Shown here: in pieces, positions 22,973-30,783 of the stretch
Numbering within the stretch: position 1 is the first letter of the stretch
Layout: every line of letters starts with the position of its first letter
Virus record (IMG/VR): IMGVR_UViG_3300032244_000032
Span: 1-30,783 of that record
Direction: 5' to 3' (one strand)
DNA length: 30,783 nt
Origin: a virus
Taxonomy: Duplodnaviria > Caudoviricetes
Program-made: the position numbers and the translations under genes
Notes under the pieces: model-generated
The model's input: the letters and a program-made list of their open reading frames with translations, nothing else
The model's database searches: none
Told to the model about the DNA's origin: nothing

Positions 22973-25434
22973 TAAGTTAATCCATTTCCCGAAATGTACC
23001 AAGTAGTTGAAGCAACTTTAACTGCGGTTGCCATTCCGTGAGCAGCAAGTGTTCTTGAACCAGTAGTTCCAGCACCTACGAGATACATTGTATCTGTTGT
23101 AATTGCAATAGTTACTGTTGCTCCAGTTGCTGCAATAAATGTAATTGCAGTTCCTACTGGTAATGCTAGGTTAGCATTTGAATCAATCGTAATAGTGCGA
23201 GTAGCAGTTGAATAAATATGCTCACCAGCATCAGCAGCAACTACGGTGTATGAACCAGTTGTTGCAGCAGCACTTTGAGGAAGACCCATATATCCTAATC
23301 CGCGAGCAGCGGTAGCAGTTGTTCCATCAGAAACTGTTGAGTCAGTAGCAATTAATGTTTTAGATGTAGGTATTGTTGTTGAGTTAATTGTTAAACCAGC
23401 AACATTGCTTACTGTTGCGCCTGATGCAATAGATGTTGAACCAAGTGTTGGTGCTGAGTAGCCAGATACTGTTGACCAAGTAAGTCCAGTAGCCGTAGAT
23501 GAGTCAGCCTGTAGGTATTGTCCGTTGCTTCCAACAGTTAGTTTGCCAGGTGTATCTGCAGCAGTTGCTACAAGGATGTCACCCTTGGCATCAAAAAGAG
23601 CCTTATCAATTGCTGTTGCTAGGTCAAAGGCTGTAAAGGTAATAATCTCTACAACGTCATTGACTGCAAGAGCAGCAAGAGAAGTAATGCTTGTGCCATT
23701 AGATGCTGTGTAATCTGTATCACGGACAAGAAGTACACCATTGAGGTATACCTGCTCTTTGCCAGCAATATAGGAAAGTGTTAGACCGTTAGCATCTGTT
23801 CCAGATACTGATGTCTGACCAGCAGTTGCTGTGTAGCGATAGCGGTAGATTGCTGCAGTTGATGAGATTGAACCCCAGGCAGAACCTGTCCAAGCAAACA
23901 TAGTTGAAGTTACTGAGTTCCAGTAAAGAGCACCAGTAAGTAGTGCGTTGCCATCATTGTCTACAGATGGAGCAGATGACTTAGCACCTAAGTAGCGGTC
24001 ATCAAAGTTATCATAGGTTGTCGCAGCGGCAGCAGCGGAGGCTGCAGCAGCGGTAGCAGAGCCAGCCACAGTATCTACATACGCCTTAGTAGCAGCGTGT
24101 AGGTCAACTGTTGGAGCACCTGACAGGGTAAGAGCACCAGTCATAGTACTTCCTGCCTTAAGTACGAATGAGTCGTAGACAGTTCCACCTGCTTGAATTG
24201 CTGTTGCAATCTCACCAAGAGTATCAAGTGTAGATGGAGCAGAATTAACTAGGTCTGCAACCTTTGTATCTACATAGAGTTTAGTAGCAGCATCTGCGTT
24301 AGATGTTGGTGTGCCAAGAGATGTAATCTTCTGGCTGTTAGCATTAACTGAGCCAGTAGGGGCTGCCATCTGGTCTAAACGAGATGTGCGTACCTGTGTG
24401 TCAAAGTCTGATATAGTAGATGCAGTCTGTGTGCCAGTGTGATTAGCACGAGCATATGGGTCAGAAACCAACTTGGCTGCAGTAATTGTTCCATCTGCAA
24501 TATCTGTGGCTACGATAGTTCCATCAACCAAGTCGGCAGAAGTAATAGTTCCACCAAGGTTTAACTTAGTCTTAGCAATAGCGGCAGAAGCGTTTACGTC
24601 AGCATCTACGATAGTGCCATTGGCAATCATTGTTGAAGTAACTGTGCCCGTGTCTGTTGTATAGACACCATTAGTTACTGTGCCAGCAGAACCAGAAACG
24701 TTACCTGTTACATTACCAGTTAAGTTACCTGTAAAAGTTCCCGCAATAGCACCAGTGCCAGTAATGGTTGGGCTAGTTAGGGTCTTGTTAGTTAATGTTT
24801 GTGTTGTATCAGTTCCAACCAATGTTGTGGTTGCATCTGGAATAGTTACTGTTCTATCTGCTGTGGGGTCTACAACTGTAAGTGTTGTTTCAAAAGCATC
24901 AGCAGTAGCACCTTCAAAGACAATGTTTCCATCACCAAGAGTGAGGCTTGAAATAACTGGGCTAGTTAAAGTTTTGTTTGTAAGTGTCTGTGTACCAGTA
25001 AGTGTGACAACACCAGTAAGTGTGTTATCTGCTGCGCTAATCGTCTTGTTAGTAAGAGTCTGAGTGTTGGTTGTACCAACTACAGCACCTGTAGCACCGT
25101 GTCCAGTTGTTGCCTCAACGTGGGTGTTGGCTTCGCGGTAATCGCGACCAATAGCCATATGGCGAACTACTGCACCAGCAGAGTGTGCCTGACCAGTTGA
25201 GCCATCAATGCCACGAGTAATTGTCAGCGTGTTAGTGCTGACGGCGGTGACATCTACAATTTCTTCAAGGGCTGTATCTGGGTCAATTACAATTGTGAAT
25301 GTCTCAGGAGCGGTGATAGTTACACCACCAAGGAGTGCTGTACCTGATACAACAGTAGCAGTCGTACCTGATGATGTAAGTGCGCCAGTCAGCGTTGTCT
25401 GCTGAGAGCGTGAGGAGTATTTTCTAGTTGTCAT
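22972..25434 (-). CDS. Long tail fibre protein
   Basis: 820 aa, Thr/Ala/Gly-rich; three TQTLTNKT repeats, two AATKxYVDT repeats, KGDILVATAADTP module. Confidence 0.8.
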   Translation of the reverse strand: MTTRKYSSRSQQTTLTGALTSSGTTATVVSGTALLGGVTITAPETFTIVIDPDTALEEIVDVTAVSTNTLTITRGIDGSTGQAHSAGAVVRHMAIGRDYREANTHVEATTGHGATGAVVGTTNTQTLTNKTISAADNTLTGVVTLTGTQTLTNKTLTSPVISSLTLGDGNIVFEGATADAFETTLTVVDPTADRTVTIPDATTTLVGTDTTQTLTNKTLTSPTITGTGAIAGTFTGNLTGNVTGNVSGSAGTVTNGVYTTDTGTVTSTMIANGTIVDADVNASAAIAKTKLNLGGTITSADLVDGTIVATDIADGTITAAKLVSDPYARANHTGTQTASTISDFDTQVRTSRLDQMAAPTGSVNANSQKITSLGTPTSNADAATKLYVDTKVADLVNSAPSTLDTLGEIATAIQAGGTVYDSFVLKAGSTMTGALTLSGAPTVDLHAATKAYVDTVAGSATAAAASAAAAATTYDNFDDRYLGAKSSAPSVDNDGNALLTGALYWNSVTSTMFAWTGSAWGSISSTAAIYRYRYTATAGQTSVSGTDANGLTLSYIAGKEQVYLNGVLLVRDTDYTASNGTSITSLAALAVNDVVEIITFTAFDLATAIDKALFDAKGDILVATAADTPGKLTVGSNGQYLQADSSTATGLTWSTVSGYSAPTLGSTSIASGATVSNVAGLTINSTTIPTSKTLIATDSTVSDGTTATAARGLGYMGLPQSAAATTGSYTVVAADAGEHIYSTATRTITIDSNANLALPVGTAITFIAATGATVTIAITTDTMYLVGAGTTGSRTLAAHGMATAVKVASTTWYISGNGLT

Positions 25435-25442
25435 TCAGGTTC

Positions 25443-26381
25443 CTATCGGCGACTATAATGGACTTTTGGGGGATAGTTCTGTTGCTGTGCTTTTGTCTCT
25501 TCAGCAAGACGCTGTGAGTACAAGGCATAAAGTTGTTTTGTTGCTGTCTGTGATGCACCGTATGGACGCTTGCTATCTGTCTCATCAGCCTGTGGGCTAA
25601 CCTGGGCAGCACGTGCTGGGTCAAGATAAGCAAGCAGACGATAGGCTGCGCCAAGAATTACTACGTCCCGCGTAGATTCTGGTAGTCCAGTCTGTGTTAC
25701 ATACACCTGAGAATTAGTTGTAAATGGTGTTGGGTCTGTTGCATAGACAACCTTAACTGTGCGTCCAGAAATAGGAGCCTCACCTAGGGTTATTGTCTGC
25801 ACATTATCAGTACCAGATACATAACCAAATGCTTCTGGATTTGCTACAGCATCAAAGTCATACTTACGAATTGGTCGCCATTCTTTAGATGGACCAATGT
25901 CTTGCCAGTGAACAGTCAGGATATTCTTGATGTCTAGGTTAGCAAAAGCGTAAGTAGATACTGCTGCATTGAAAGTAAATGTTGTTGTCTTCATTGCGAA
26001 GATGCTTGCTCCAAGGGAGCGAATAGTGTCATTGATTGCTCGCTTGATATTAAAGCGTGGGAAGGTAGGAGCAATAGTTACCTTGGCATCTGCTGAGTGA
26101 GTTGCCGCTGTTGTGCCTAGGTATCCGCGACCATAGGGAGCCACTGTCGCTGTGTTAGCAACGCGGTCATATGAGTCAACCCATAGGAGTTCTTCATCAA
26201 TTTCTACAATACCTTTACCAAGTGATTCAGTTGAACCAAGGCTAAGAATCAAAGGGGAAGCGGATGATGAAGTGGTAGTTGAGACAGCAGATGAGATGTA
26301 GGTTGTACGGTCTTGCTGGAATGTATAACCAGCGAGGTTGACCTGAACCTCATCCATCATATTGGCTAGTGTAGTTGTCAA
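25443..26381 (-). CDS. Head-tail adaptor / tail tubular A-like virion protein
   Basis: 312 aa, TTG start after AAGGAG; INDTIRSL...LPESTRDVVILGAAYRLL pattern; position before the fibre genes. Confidence 0.55.
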   Translation of the reverse strand: MTTTLANMMDEVQVNLAGYTFQQDRTTYISSAVSTTTSSSASPLILSLGSTESLGKGIVEIDEELLWVDSYDRVANTATVAPYGRGYLGTTAATHSADAKVTIAPTFPRFNIKRAINDTIRSLGASIFAMKTTTFTFNAAVSTYAFANLDIKNILTVHWQDIGPSKEWRPIRKYDFDAVANPEAFGYVSGTDNVQTITLGEAPISGRTVKVVYATDPTPFTTNSQVYVTQTGLPESTRDVVILGAAYRLLAYLDPARAAQVSPQADETDSKRPYGASQTATKQLYALYSQRLAEETKAQQQNYPPKVHYSRR

Positions 26382-26653
26382 GAGGCTATGCTCCTTAATG
26401 CGTCAATTGCTGATTTGCCAGTAGTTCCAGCAAGTTCATTACAGATACCGTTTAAATCTTTATAAGCAGAAGGTGCCCTACCAGCACTTGCCTTAATATT
26501 CAAGGCTCCAATTATCCCAAGACCAGTCGTTCCAGCCCAAGCATTAGCAGCACCTTGTTCATCTTTAAATACTGTTATTGCTGGGTAAGTTCCACCATTG
26601 GCTAGGCGATTTAGTTCAGCACATAGAGTGCTACCTGCGGTACCTGTTGGCAT
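26378..26653 (-). CDS. Hypothetical virion protein
   Basis: 91 aa with internal repeat AGTTG; coupled to neighbours. Confidence 0.7.
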   Translation of the reverse strand: MPTGTAGSTLCAELNRLANGGTYPAITVFKDEQGAANAWAGTTGLGIIGALNIKASAGRAPSAYKDLNGICNELAGTTGKSAIDALRSIAS

Positions 26654-26655
26654 TA

Positions 26656-27339
26656 TTATCTCCCTTTAGTCATTGCATTGTAATAGTGCTCATCAAATGA
26701 GAACCGCTTCATATGTGGAGCAGTCACGCTTGTATCACACCAAAGTGGGATTCCAGCCTTCTCGCATAGTGCAAAGAAGTAAATGTCCTCACCTATAAAC
26801 TTTGTTCCTCTGCCCATCTCCATAAAGAACTGAGCATCGGGCATTTCTTTTCTTATTCTGTCAACTACGCTACGGTGCATTAAGACGTATCCCATACCCG
26901 CTGCGCTTACTTGAATAAGTTTATCTTTAGGTAATGGATGAACTCTTGTTAGTCCAAATCCACCTTCATCCCCATCTCCAACTATAAAATTAAAAATTGT
27001 AGGCATCGGAACCATCAAAGGTTCCTCTGGATTATCAGTAGTAAAGTACACGCCAGTCATAATTGGACGCTCATCTTTATCTTTTTGATTCCAGAGTTTT
27101 AGGAAACCTTCTGGGTTAATAACTACATCTGAGTCAACCCAGAGTAACCAGTCTGCCTTGTTCTGCTCATACCAATAGTTGATAACAATTTCTCTTTGTC
27201 TAGCAATCTGGTTTCCCTGACTGCGTAGAGTAGATTCAAATTTTATGCCTGACTTTAGGAGTACATCTGTAACTCCCTGCATAAACTTTCCATCAACCAT
27301 TCCGTTATCGCACCAGGCGATAGATACTGTCTCTTGCAT
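26656..27339 (-). CDS. Glycosyltransferase (GT-A / family 2-like)
   Basis: DWLLWVDSD (DxD), AAGMGYVLMHRSV, GEDIYFF, WCDTSVTAPH. Confidence 0.85.
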   Translation of the reverse strand: MQETVSIAWCDNGMVDGKFMQGVTDVLLKSGIKFESTLRSQGNQIARQREIVINYWYEQNKADWLLWVDSDVVINPEGFLKLWNQKDKDERPIMTGVYFTTDNPEEPLMVPMPTIFNFIVGDGDEGGFGLTRVHPLPKDKLIQVSAAGMGYVLMHRSVVDRIRKEMPDAQFFMEMGRGTKFIGEDIYFFALCEKAGIPLWCDTSVTAPHMKRFSFDEHYYNAMTKGR

Positions 27340-27353
27340 AGTCCCCTACTTTT

Positions 27354-27590
27354 CTATCTATGTTTTGCTGTCTTCTTTGCTATTGCCTTGGGTTGCTTTA
27401 CAAATTGCTTACCCTTTGCATTACCTGCAGCTTTTGTTTTATTAGTAGCAGCTTTTTCTGATGCACTTAAAGATTTCCAAGCAGCCTCAGGTAAATATCG
27501 CTTCTTGCCTTTTGATGGCTTGCCGTCAGATGTTGTCCACTTTTGTTTAGTCCACTTCTTAAGTGACTGTTGTGACTTGGCAAGTGCCAT
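27354..27590 (-). CDS. Small basic protein
   Basis: SQQSLKKWTKQKW...RYLPEAAW...GKQFVKQP; Lys-rich. Confidence 0.8.
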   Translation of the reverse strand: MALAKSQQSLKKWTKQKWTTSDGKPSKGKKRYLPEAAWKSLSASEKAATNKTKAAGNAKGKQFVKQPKAIAKKTAKHR

Positions 27591-27778
27591 TACTTGTATC
27601 CTCCGCCAGCCTTTTTGTATTCAACAGCAAGTAACTGTGCCTTACGTGCAGACCATTCTCCAGGATCCCCACCCTTTGAACCAGCCTTAATCTTCTTAAA
27701 CAAAGAAGCACGCATAGTCGGCTTAGTGTAATTACCTGCTGCATTTACTTTTGACTTGCTTTTTTTCTTGGCTACCAT
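27590..27778 (-). CDS. Small basic protein (DUF5872-like)
   Basis: YTKPTMR...GSKGGDPGEWSARKAQLLAVEYKKAGGGY. Confidence 0.8.
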   Translation of the reverse strand: MVAKKKSKSKVNAAGNYTKPTMRASLFKKIKAGSKGGDPGEWSARKAQLLAVEYKKAGGGYK

Positions 27779-28026
27779 TTTACTTTGTCCGCCCAGTAAG
27801 CTGCAGACATTTTGCCTTTGGCAATGTTCTTTGCGTGACGTGCCTTAAATGAAGCCTGACGCGCTGTTGGCTTTCTGTCACCAACAACACCTTGCTGACC
27901 AAAGCGAATAGTCTTAACCTTTGCACCTTCCTTAGCCACAACAACGTGTGACTTCTTAGGGTGATTAGGTGTACGCTTTGGCTTGTTAAAACCAGATACT
28001 CCTGCTCGCTTTAGTCGTGGGTCCAT
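27772..28026 (-). CDS. Small basic protein
   Basis: KTIRFGQQG...ASFKARH...SAAYWADKVKW. Confidence 0.8.
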   Translation of the reverse strand: MDPRLKRAGVSGFNKPKRTPNHPKKSHVVVAKEGAKVKTIRFGQQGVVGDRKPTARQASFKARHAKNIAKGKMSAAYWADKVKW

Positions 28027-28027
28027 A

Positions 28028-28318
28028 TTAGCGGTTTGCTGGATTCTTTAGGCGCTCAACCTTTGATGCAGGACGGCTCATTGTTGCTGGGCCAGGTGAT
28101 GCCTTTGGTGTGTAAAGTGCATTTTGGTAACGTGTCTCTCCGTACATACGGCGGACACCTTCTCTAAATGCTGACGCTGAATCTGTTCCTGCTCTAAATG
28201 ATGGGTTAGTGCTGAGTTTCTTAAGTGCAGCCTTCATACCCATTGCCTTGATTAGGTCAATAGTATCTTGCTTTACTTTAACTTTAGGTGCTGGCTTTCC
28301 ATTTGAACCTTTAATCAT
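28028..28318 (-). CDS. Hypothetical basic protein
   Basis: Start revised to MIKGSNG at 28318 after AAAGGTGA SD. Confidence 0.7.
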   Translation of the reverse strand: MIKGSNGKPAPKVKVKQDTIDLIKAMGMKAALKKLSTNPSFRAGTDSASAFREGVRRMYGETRYQNALYTPKASPGPATMSRPASKVERLKNPANR

Positions 28319-28343
28319 TTCTTCACCTTTTCTTTTGTGATTT

Positions 28344-28568
28344 TTATTTTTTAATTTGCTTGCCTGTTTTGTCGTCATAACGACGACCCTGTACAAGGGC
28401 GCCAATGAACTGACCAAATTGTTTATCTTCTTTACGACGAAGCATATTTGCACGCTCATCTGTTCCAGGTCCAACCATCTGACTTGCTTCTCCAGTTTTA
28501 TTGTAAGCACGAACAGATTGCTTTGCTTCCTTCATTAAGTTTTCTAAGTAAGAAGTATTGCGTGGCAT
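28344..28568 (-). CDS. Hypothetical basic protein
   Basis: 74 aa, in operon context. Confidence 0.7.
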   Translation of the reverse strand: MPRNTSYLENLMKEAKQSVRAYNKTGEASQMVGPGTDERANMLRRKEDKQFGQFIGALVQGRRYDDKTGKQIKK

Positions 28569-28569
28569 A

Positions 28570-28704
28570 TTACTTCTTCTTGCCCATCTTCTTAGGAGAA
28601 GACTTCTTGTTTACCATCTTCTTGCCAGTCTTCTTGGCTTCAGCCTTTGCCATAGCCATACCTTTTGCTGTGTATGCGAATTCTTTCATTCCGACTTTTG
28701 GCAT
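28570..28704 (-). CDS. Lys/Met-rich micro-protein (44 aa)
   Basis: Manual ORF MPKVGMKEFAYTAKGMAMAKAEAKKTGKKMVNKKSSPKKMGKKK; TAATG coupling. Confidence 0.7.
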   Translation of the reverse strand: MPKVGMKEFAYTAKGMAMAKAEAKKTGKKMVNKKSSPKKMGKKK

Positions 28705-28829
28705 TACTTCTTCACCTTCTTCTTAGGAGCGGCTTTCTTCATAGCCTTCTTGCCCATAGAAAGTTCCATCTTTTTTTCTTTCTTAGATTCCATCTTTTCA
28801 GCCATCTTGTATGCTTTGTTCTTCATCAT
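28704..28829 (-). CDS. Lys/Met-rich micro-protein (41 aa)
   Basis: Manual ORF MMKNKAYKMAEKMESKKEKKMELSMGKKAMKKAAPKKKVKK; GGGAG SD. Confidence 0.7.
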   Translation of the reverse strand: MMKNKAYKMAEKMESKKEKKMELSMGKKAMKKAAPKKKVKK

Positions 28830-28830
28830 A

Positions 28831-29139
28831 TTAGACTCCCAGTTCTTTCATTACTTCAGCGGATTTTTGGTTTATGTCTTTTGCTTTGGGCATACTGTCT
28901 GCGTCATAGGCTCTGCCCAAATGCTCTGACGCTTTATGTGCTTCTTCTACGTGACGCATAGTGGTACCCGCAGGCTGTATACCTTGTGCTCTAGCATCTC
29001 GGTAAGCCTGTAATTCAGCGTTCCACTTCTTGTCTGGTATATCTCGTTTAGCATCTCCAGAGTTCATCTGAAGACTCATACCTTTACAACCAAAGCAACC
29101 CTCAACATAAGTTGGGTGTGCTTCCCAATGCTTTGCCAT
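28831..29139 (-). CDS. Hypothetical protein
   Basis: 102 aa; HxxxH...CFGC putative Zn site. Confidence 0.75.
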   Translation of the reverse strand: MAKHWEAHPTYVEGCFGCKGMSLQMNSGDAKRDIPDKKWNAELQAYRDARAQGIQPAGTTMRHVEEAHKASEHLGRAYDADSMPKAKDINQKSAEVMKELGV

Positions 29140-29147
29140 ATTCGTCC

Positions 29148-29417
29148 CTACTGTGCCGTGAAGTTTGCCTCTGTAATTCCTACACCTGCTGCAATTAATT
29201 CTGCTTTTCTTGCATCATCTACTGTGTGGTTATATCCACCTCTATAGATTACGTCATAGTCTGCTTGGTCTTCGTCAACTATGTAACGTACTTGTGACCA
29301 AGTTGCACCAGACTTGACGATTGTTATTCCCTTGCGTAACTTGGCAAAGTAAAACAAGCGGTGTCCACCAGATGGACCCTCAAGTACATATGGTGTTTGG
29401 AATGTATAATTTGCCAT
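29148..29417 (-). CDS. Hypothetical virion-associated protein
   Basis: AGGAGG SD; directly after the capsid gene. Confidence 0.75.
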   Translation of the reverse strand: MANYTFQTPYVLEGPSGGHRLFYFAKLRKGITIVKSGATWSQVRYIVDEDQADYDVIYRGGYNHTVDDARKAELIAAGVGITEANFTAQ

Positions 29418-29444
29418 TGTTCCTCCTAATGAACTTACTGATAA

Positions 29445-29462
29445 GCAGGGGTTGCCCCCTGC
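29445..29462 (-). terminator. Hairpin after major capsid gene
   Basis: GCAGGGG-GCAA-CCCCTGC on the minus strand with a short U run; probably leaky. Confidence 0.55.
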
Positions 29463-29477
29463 CTACCCGTCAATCAA

Positions 29478-30431
29478 TTAAGCGATTGATGAACCAGATT
29501 CGATGCGGTATAGTGCTTCTTCACGGTAACGTGCAAAGCCTAGAACGCCGTACCAACCCATTGGGCGGTGACGCATCAACTTGTCCACTACTGGACCGAT
29601 GACTACGTGTGGTTCTTCAGCAACGGCTTCTGCCATTGCTTGCTGTCCTGCGAGGATTGTGCGGTACACCTTTGCAGATGAAGCACCGTCTGTTGCAGAG
29701 TAAAGACGTGGAGACTCTACGAAGTATGCACCTTCGTATGTTCCGATTTCTCCTGCCCAGATACGGTCTTGTGCAGAACCGTATTGGTTAGGAAGCAACC
29801 AACCTGCTGAGCCTGTTTCGGCGCGAAGGTCGTGTGAAACTTCTGGGTGGATACCAGCCCAGTAGAGTGAACCCTTGCGGGCAGTTGTCTTGTTAGCACG
29901 CAACTTTGCAACAGCCTTGCGGATGTTTGCAGAAGAGAGTGTTGCAGCAGCAGTAACTGTTGCTGTTGATGTTGCAGTTGAACCTGAGTAGATTACGTTT
30001 GTTCCACCGCGAAGAGTTGTCATCGCGACTGAATCAATAGAATCTGCAAGGTTGAATGCAATTATGTTAGCGATTGCTGGGTCTACATCAGCGAGGCTGA
30101 AGAGTTCCAACGCACGTGTCACCAACACTGAGTTACCATACTCGTTAAGAGTAATAGTTACAGATGTTGGTGTAGACATTGCTACTGCATCTGGGTCAGT
30201 GTCTTCTGTGAGTGCAGTTGTTGCTGCTGAAAGGTCAACGTAACGTTGTAGAACAACTGTTGAACCAGGGATTGATTGGTTAGTTGGGCGCTTGTCTGCG
30301 ACAGAACGAATAAGAGGTTCTGAACGGAGAGCAAACTCCAAAAGACGATCATACGCCTTTTGTACTAAACCTGCTGAACCAGCGGTACCTCCGAGTGAGG
30401 ATGAACCTGTGGATACGTAGGAATTAGCCAT
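29478..30431 (-). CDS. Major capsid protein (HK97 fold, N4-gp56-like)
   Basis: 317 aa; ALTE..P, TLNEYGN, IHPEVSHDLR, GEIGTYEGAYFVES, GWYGVLG; GGAGG SD; follows the scaffold gene. Confidence 0.9.
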   Translation of the reverse strand: MANSYVSTGSSSLGGTAGSAGLVQKAYDRLLEFALRSEPLIRSVADKRPTNQSIPGSTVVLQRYVDLSAATTALTEDTDPDAVAMSTPTSVTITLNEYGNSVLVTRALELFSLADVDPAIANIIAFNLADSIDSVAMTTLRGGTNVIYSGSTATSTATVTAAATLSSANIRKAVAKLRANKTTARKGSLYWAGIHPEVSHDLRAETGSAGWLLPNQYGSAQDRIWAGEIGTYEGAYFVESPRLYSATDGASSAKVYRTILAGQQAMAEAVAEEPHVVIGPVVDKLMRHRPMGWYGVLGFARYREEALYRIESGSSIA

Positions 30432-30464
30432 TGCTTGTCACCTCCAAGTGACTAGGAACTATGA

Positions 30465-30782
30465 TTATTGTTGTGAGCGGAGGAGAGACAAGATTTCATC
30501 TGCAGATTCTGCATTAGCTAATCGTTGCTCTAAATTCTCTGCTCGGTCAGGTGTTGTTGCACCCTGCGTTACTACATCTTGCTGGCGTAATGCCGCCAAG
30601 TCTGCAGTATTTGCTGCGGATGCGTCCTGTGCAGGAACTAATCCAAACAAATCTCCGTTATCATCAAGCCAGGTATTAACTGATTCTTCTGAAATGTCGT
30701 CGATATCTTTTAAGATTAATCGTACTGCTTTAGGATTTACACCCTTCTTTTCTAGGACTTCTTTGACTGTACGCTCACGCTG
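30465..30782 (-). CDS. Capsid scaffolding protein, 5' end truncated
   Basis: Frame open from the window edge: QRERTVKEVLEKKGVNPKAVRLILKD...VNTWLDDNGDLFG...ESADEILSLLRSQQ; directly upstream of the capsid gene. Confidence 0.75.
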   Translation of the reverse strand, partial: QRERTVKEVLEKKGVNPKAVRLILKDIDDISEESVNTWLDDNGDLFGLVPAQDASAANTADLAALRQQDVVTQGATTPDRAENLEQRLANAESADEILSLLRSQQ

Positions 30783-30783
30783 C

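Noticed and set aside
20112-25434. Diversity-generating retroelement or invertible tail cassette
   Set aside because: No reverse transcriptase, no invertase, and no near-identical repeat pair differing at adenines was seen.
22972-25434. Tape measure protein
   Set aside because: Thr-rich fibre repeats rather than long helical repeats; no tail tube or chaperone frameshift gene seen, consistent with a short-tailed virion.
28448-28961. Hydrophobic + strand ORFs (28448-28726, 28558-28929, 28665-28961)
   Set aside because: Phe/Leu richness is the antisense reflection of Lys codons in the minus-strand micro-genes.

Overview
This window is most of the genome of a tailed, apparently lytic phage with an actinobacterial host, inferred from WhiB, an actinobacterial-type lytic transglycosylase and an L5-like split primase. 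The low GC content resembles freshwater acI/Microbacteriaceae phages. It is circularly permuted: the portal gene runs off the left edge and the scaffold gene is cut at the right edge, so only a short piece seems to be missing. Layout: portal and terminase (minus, 1-3831); a 1.1 kb non-coding control region with repeats and a strongly structured RNA-like tract (3832-4948); a rightward early operon (4949-10548) with a Zn-finger amidoligase, a class II glutamine amidotransferase, WhiB, a transglycosylase, an FmdB Zn ribbon and a PD-(D/E)xK nuclease; a leftward replication/regulation operon (10534-16567) with a split Cas4/RecB-like exonuclease, DnaB-like helicase, methyltransferase, resolvase, split primase, DUF1599, metallophosphoesterase and sigma factor; and a leftward structural/lysis block (16960-30783). 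I saw no tape measure, integrase, DNA polymerase, canonical tRNA or CRISPR array. The best candidates for new biology are the amidoligase-GATase pair, the structured RNA leader with a tRNA-like mini element upstream of it, and a duplicated hairpin/AT-tract element. All family calls come from motif recognition by eye, not from database searches.
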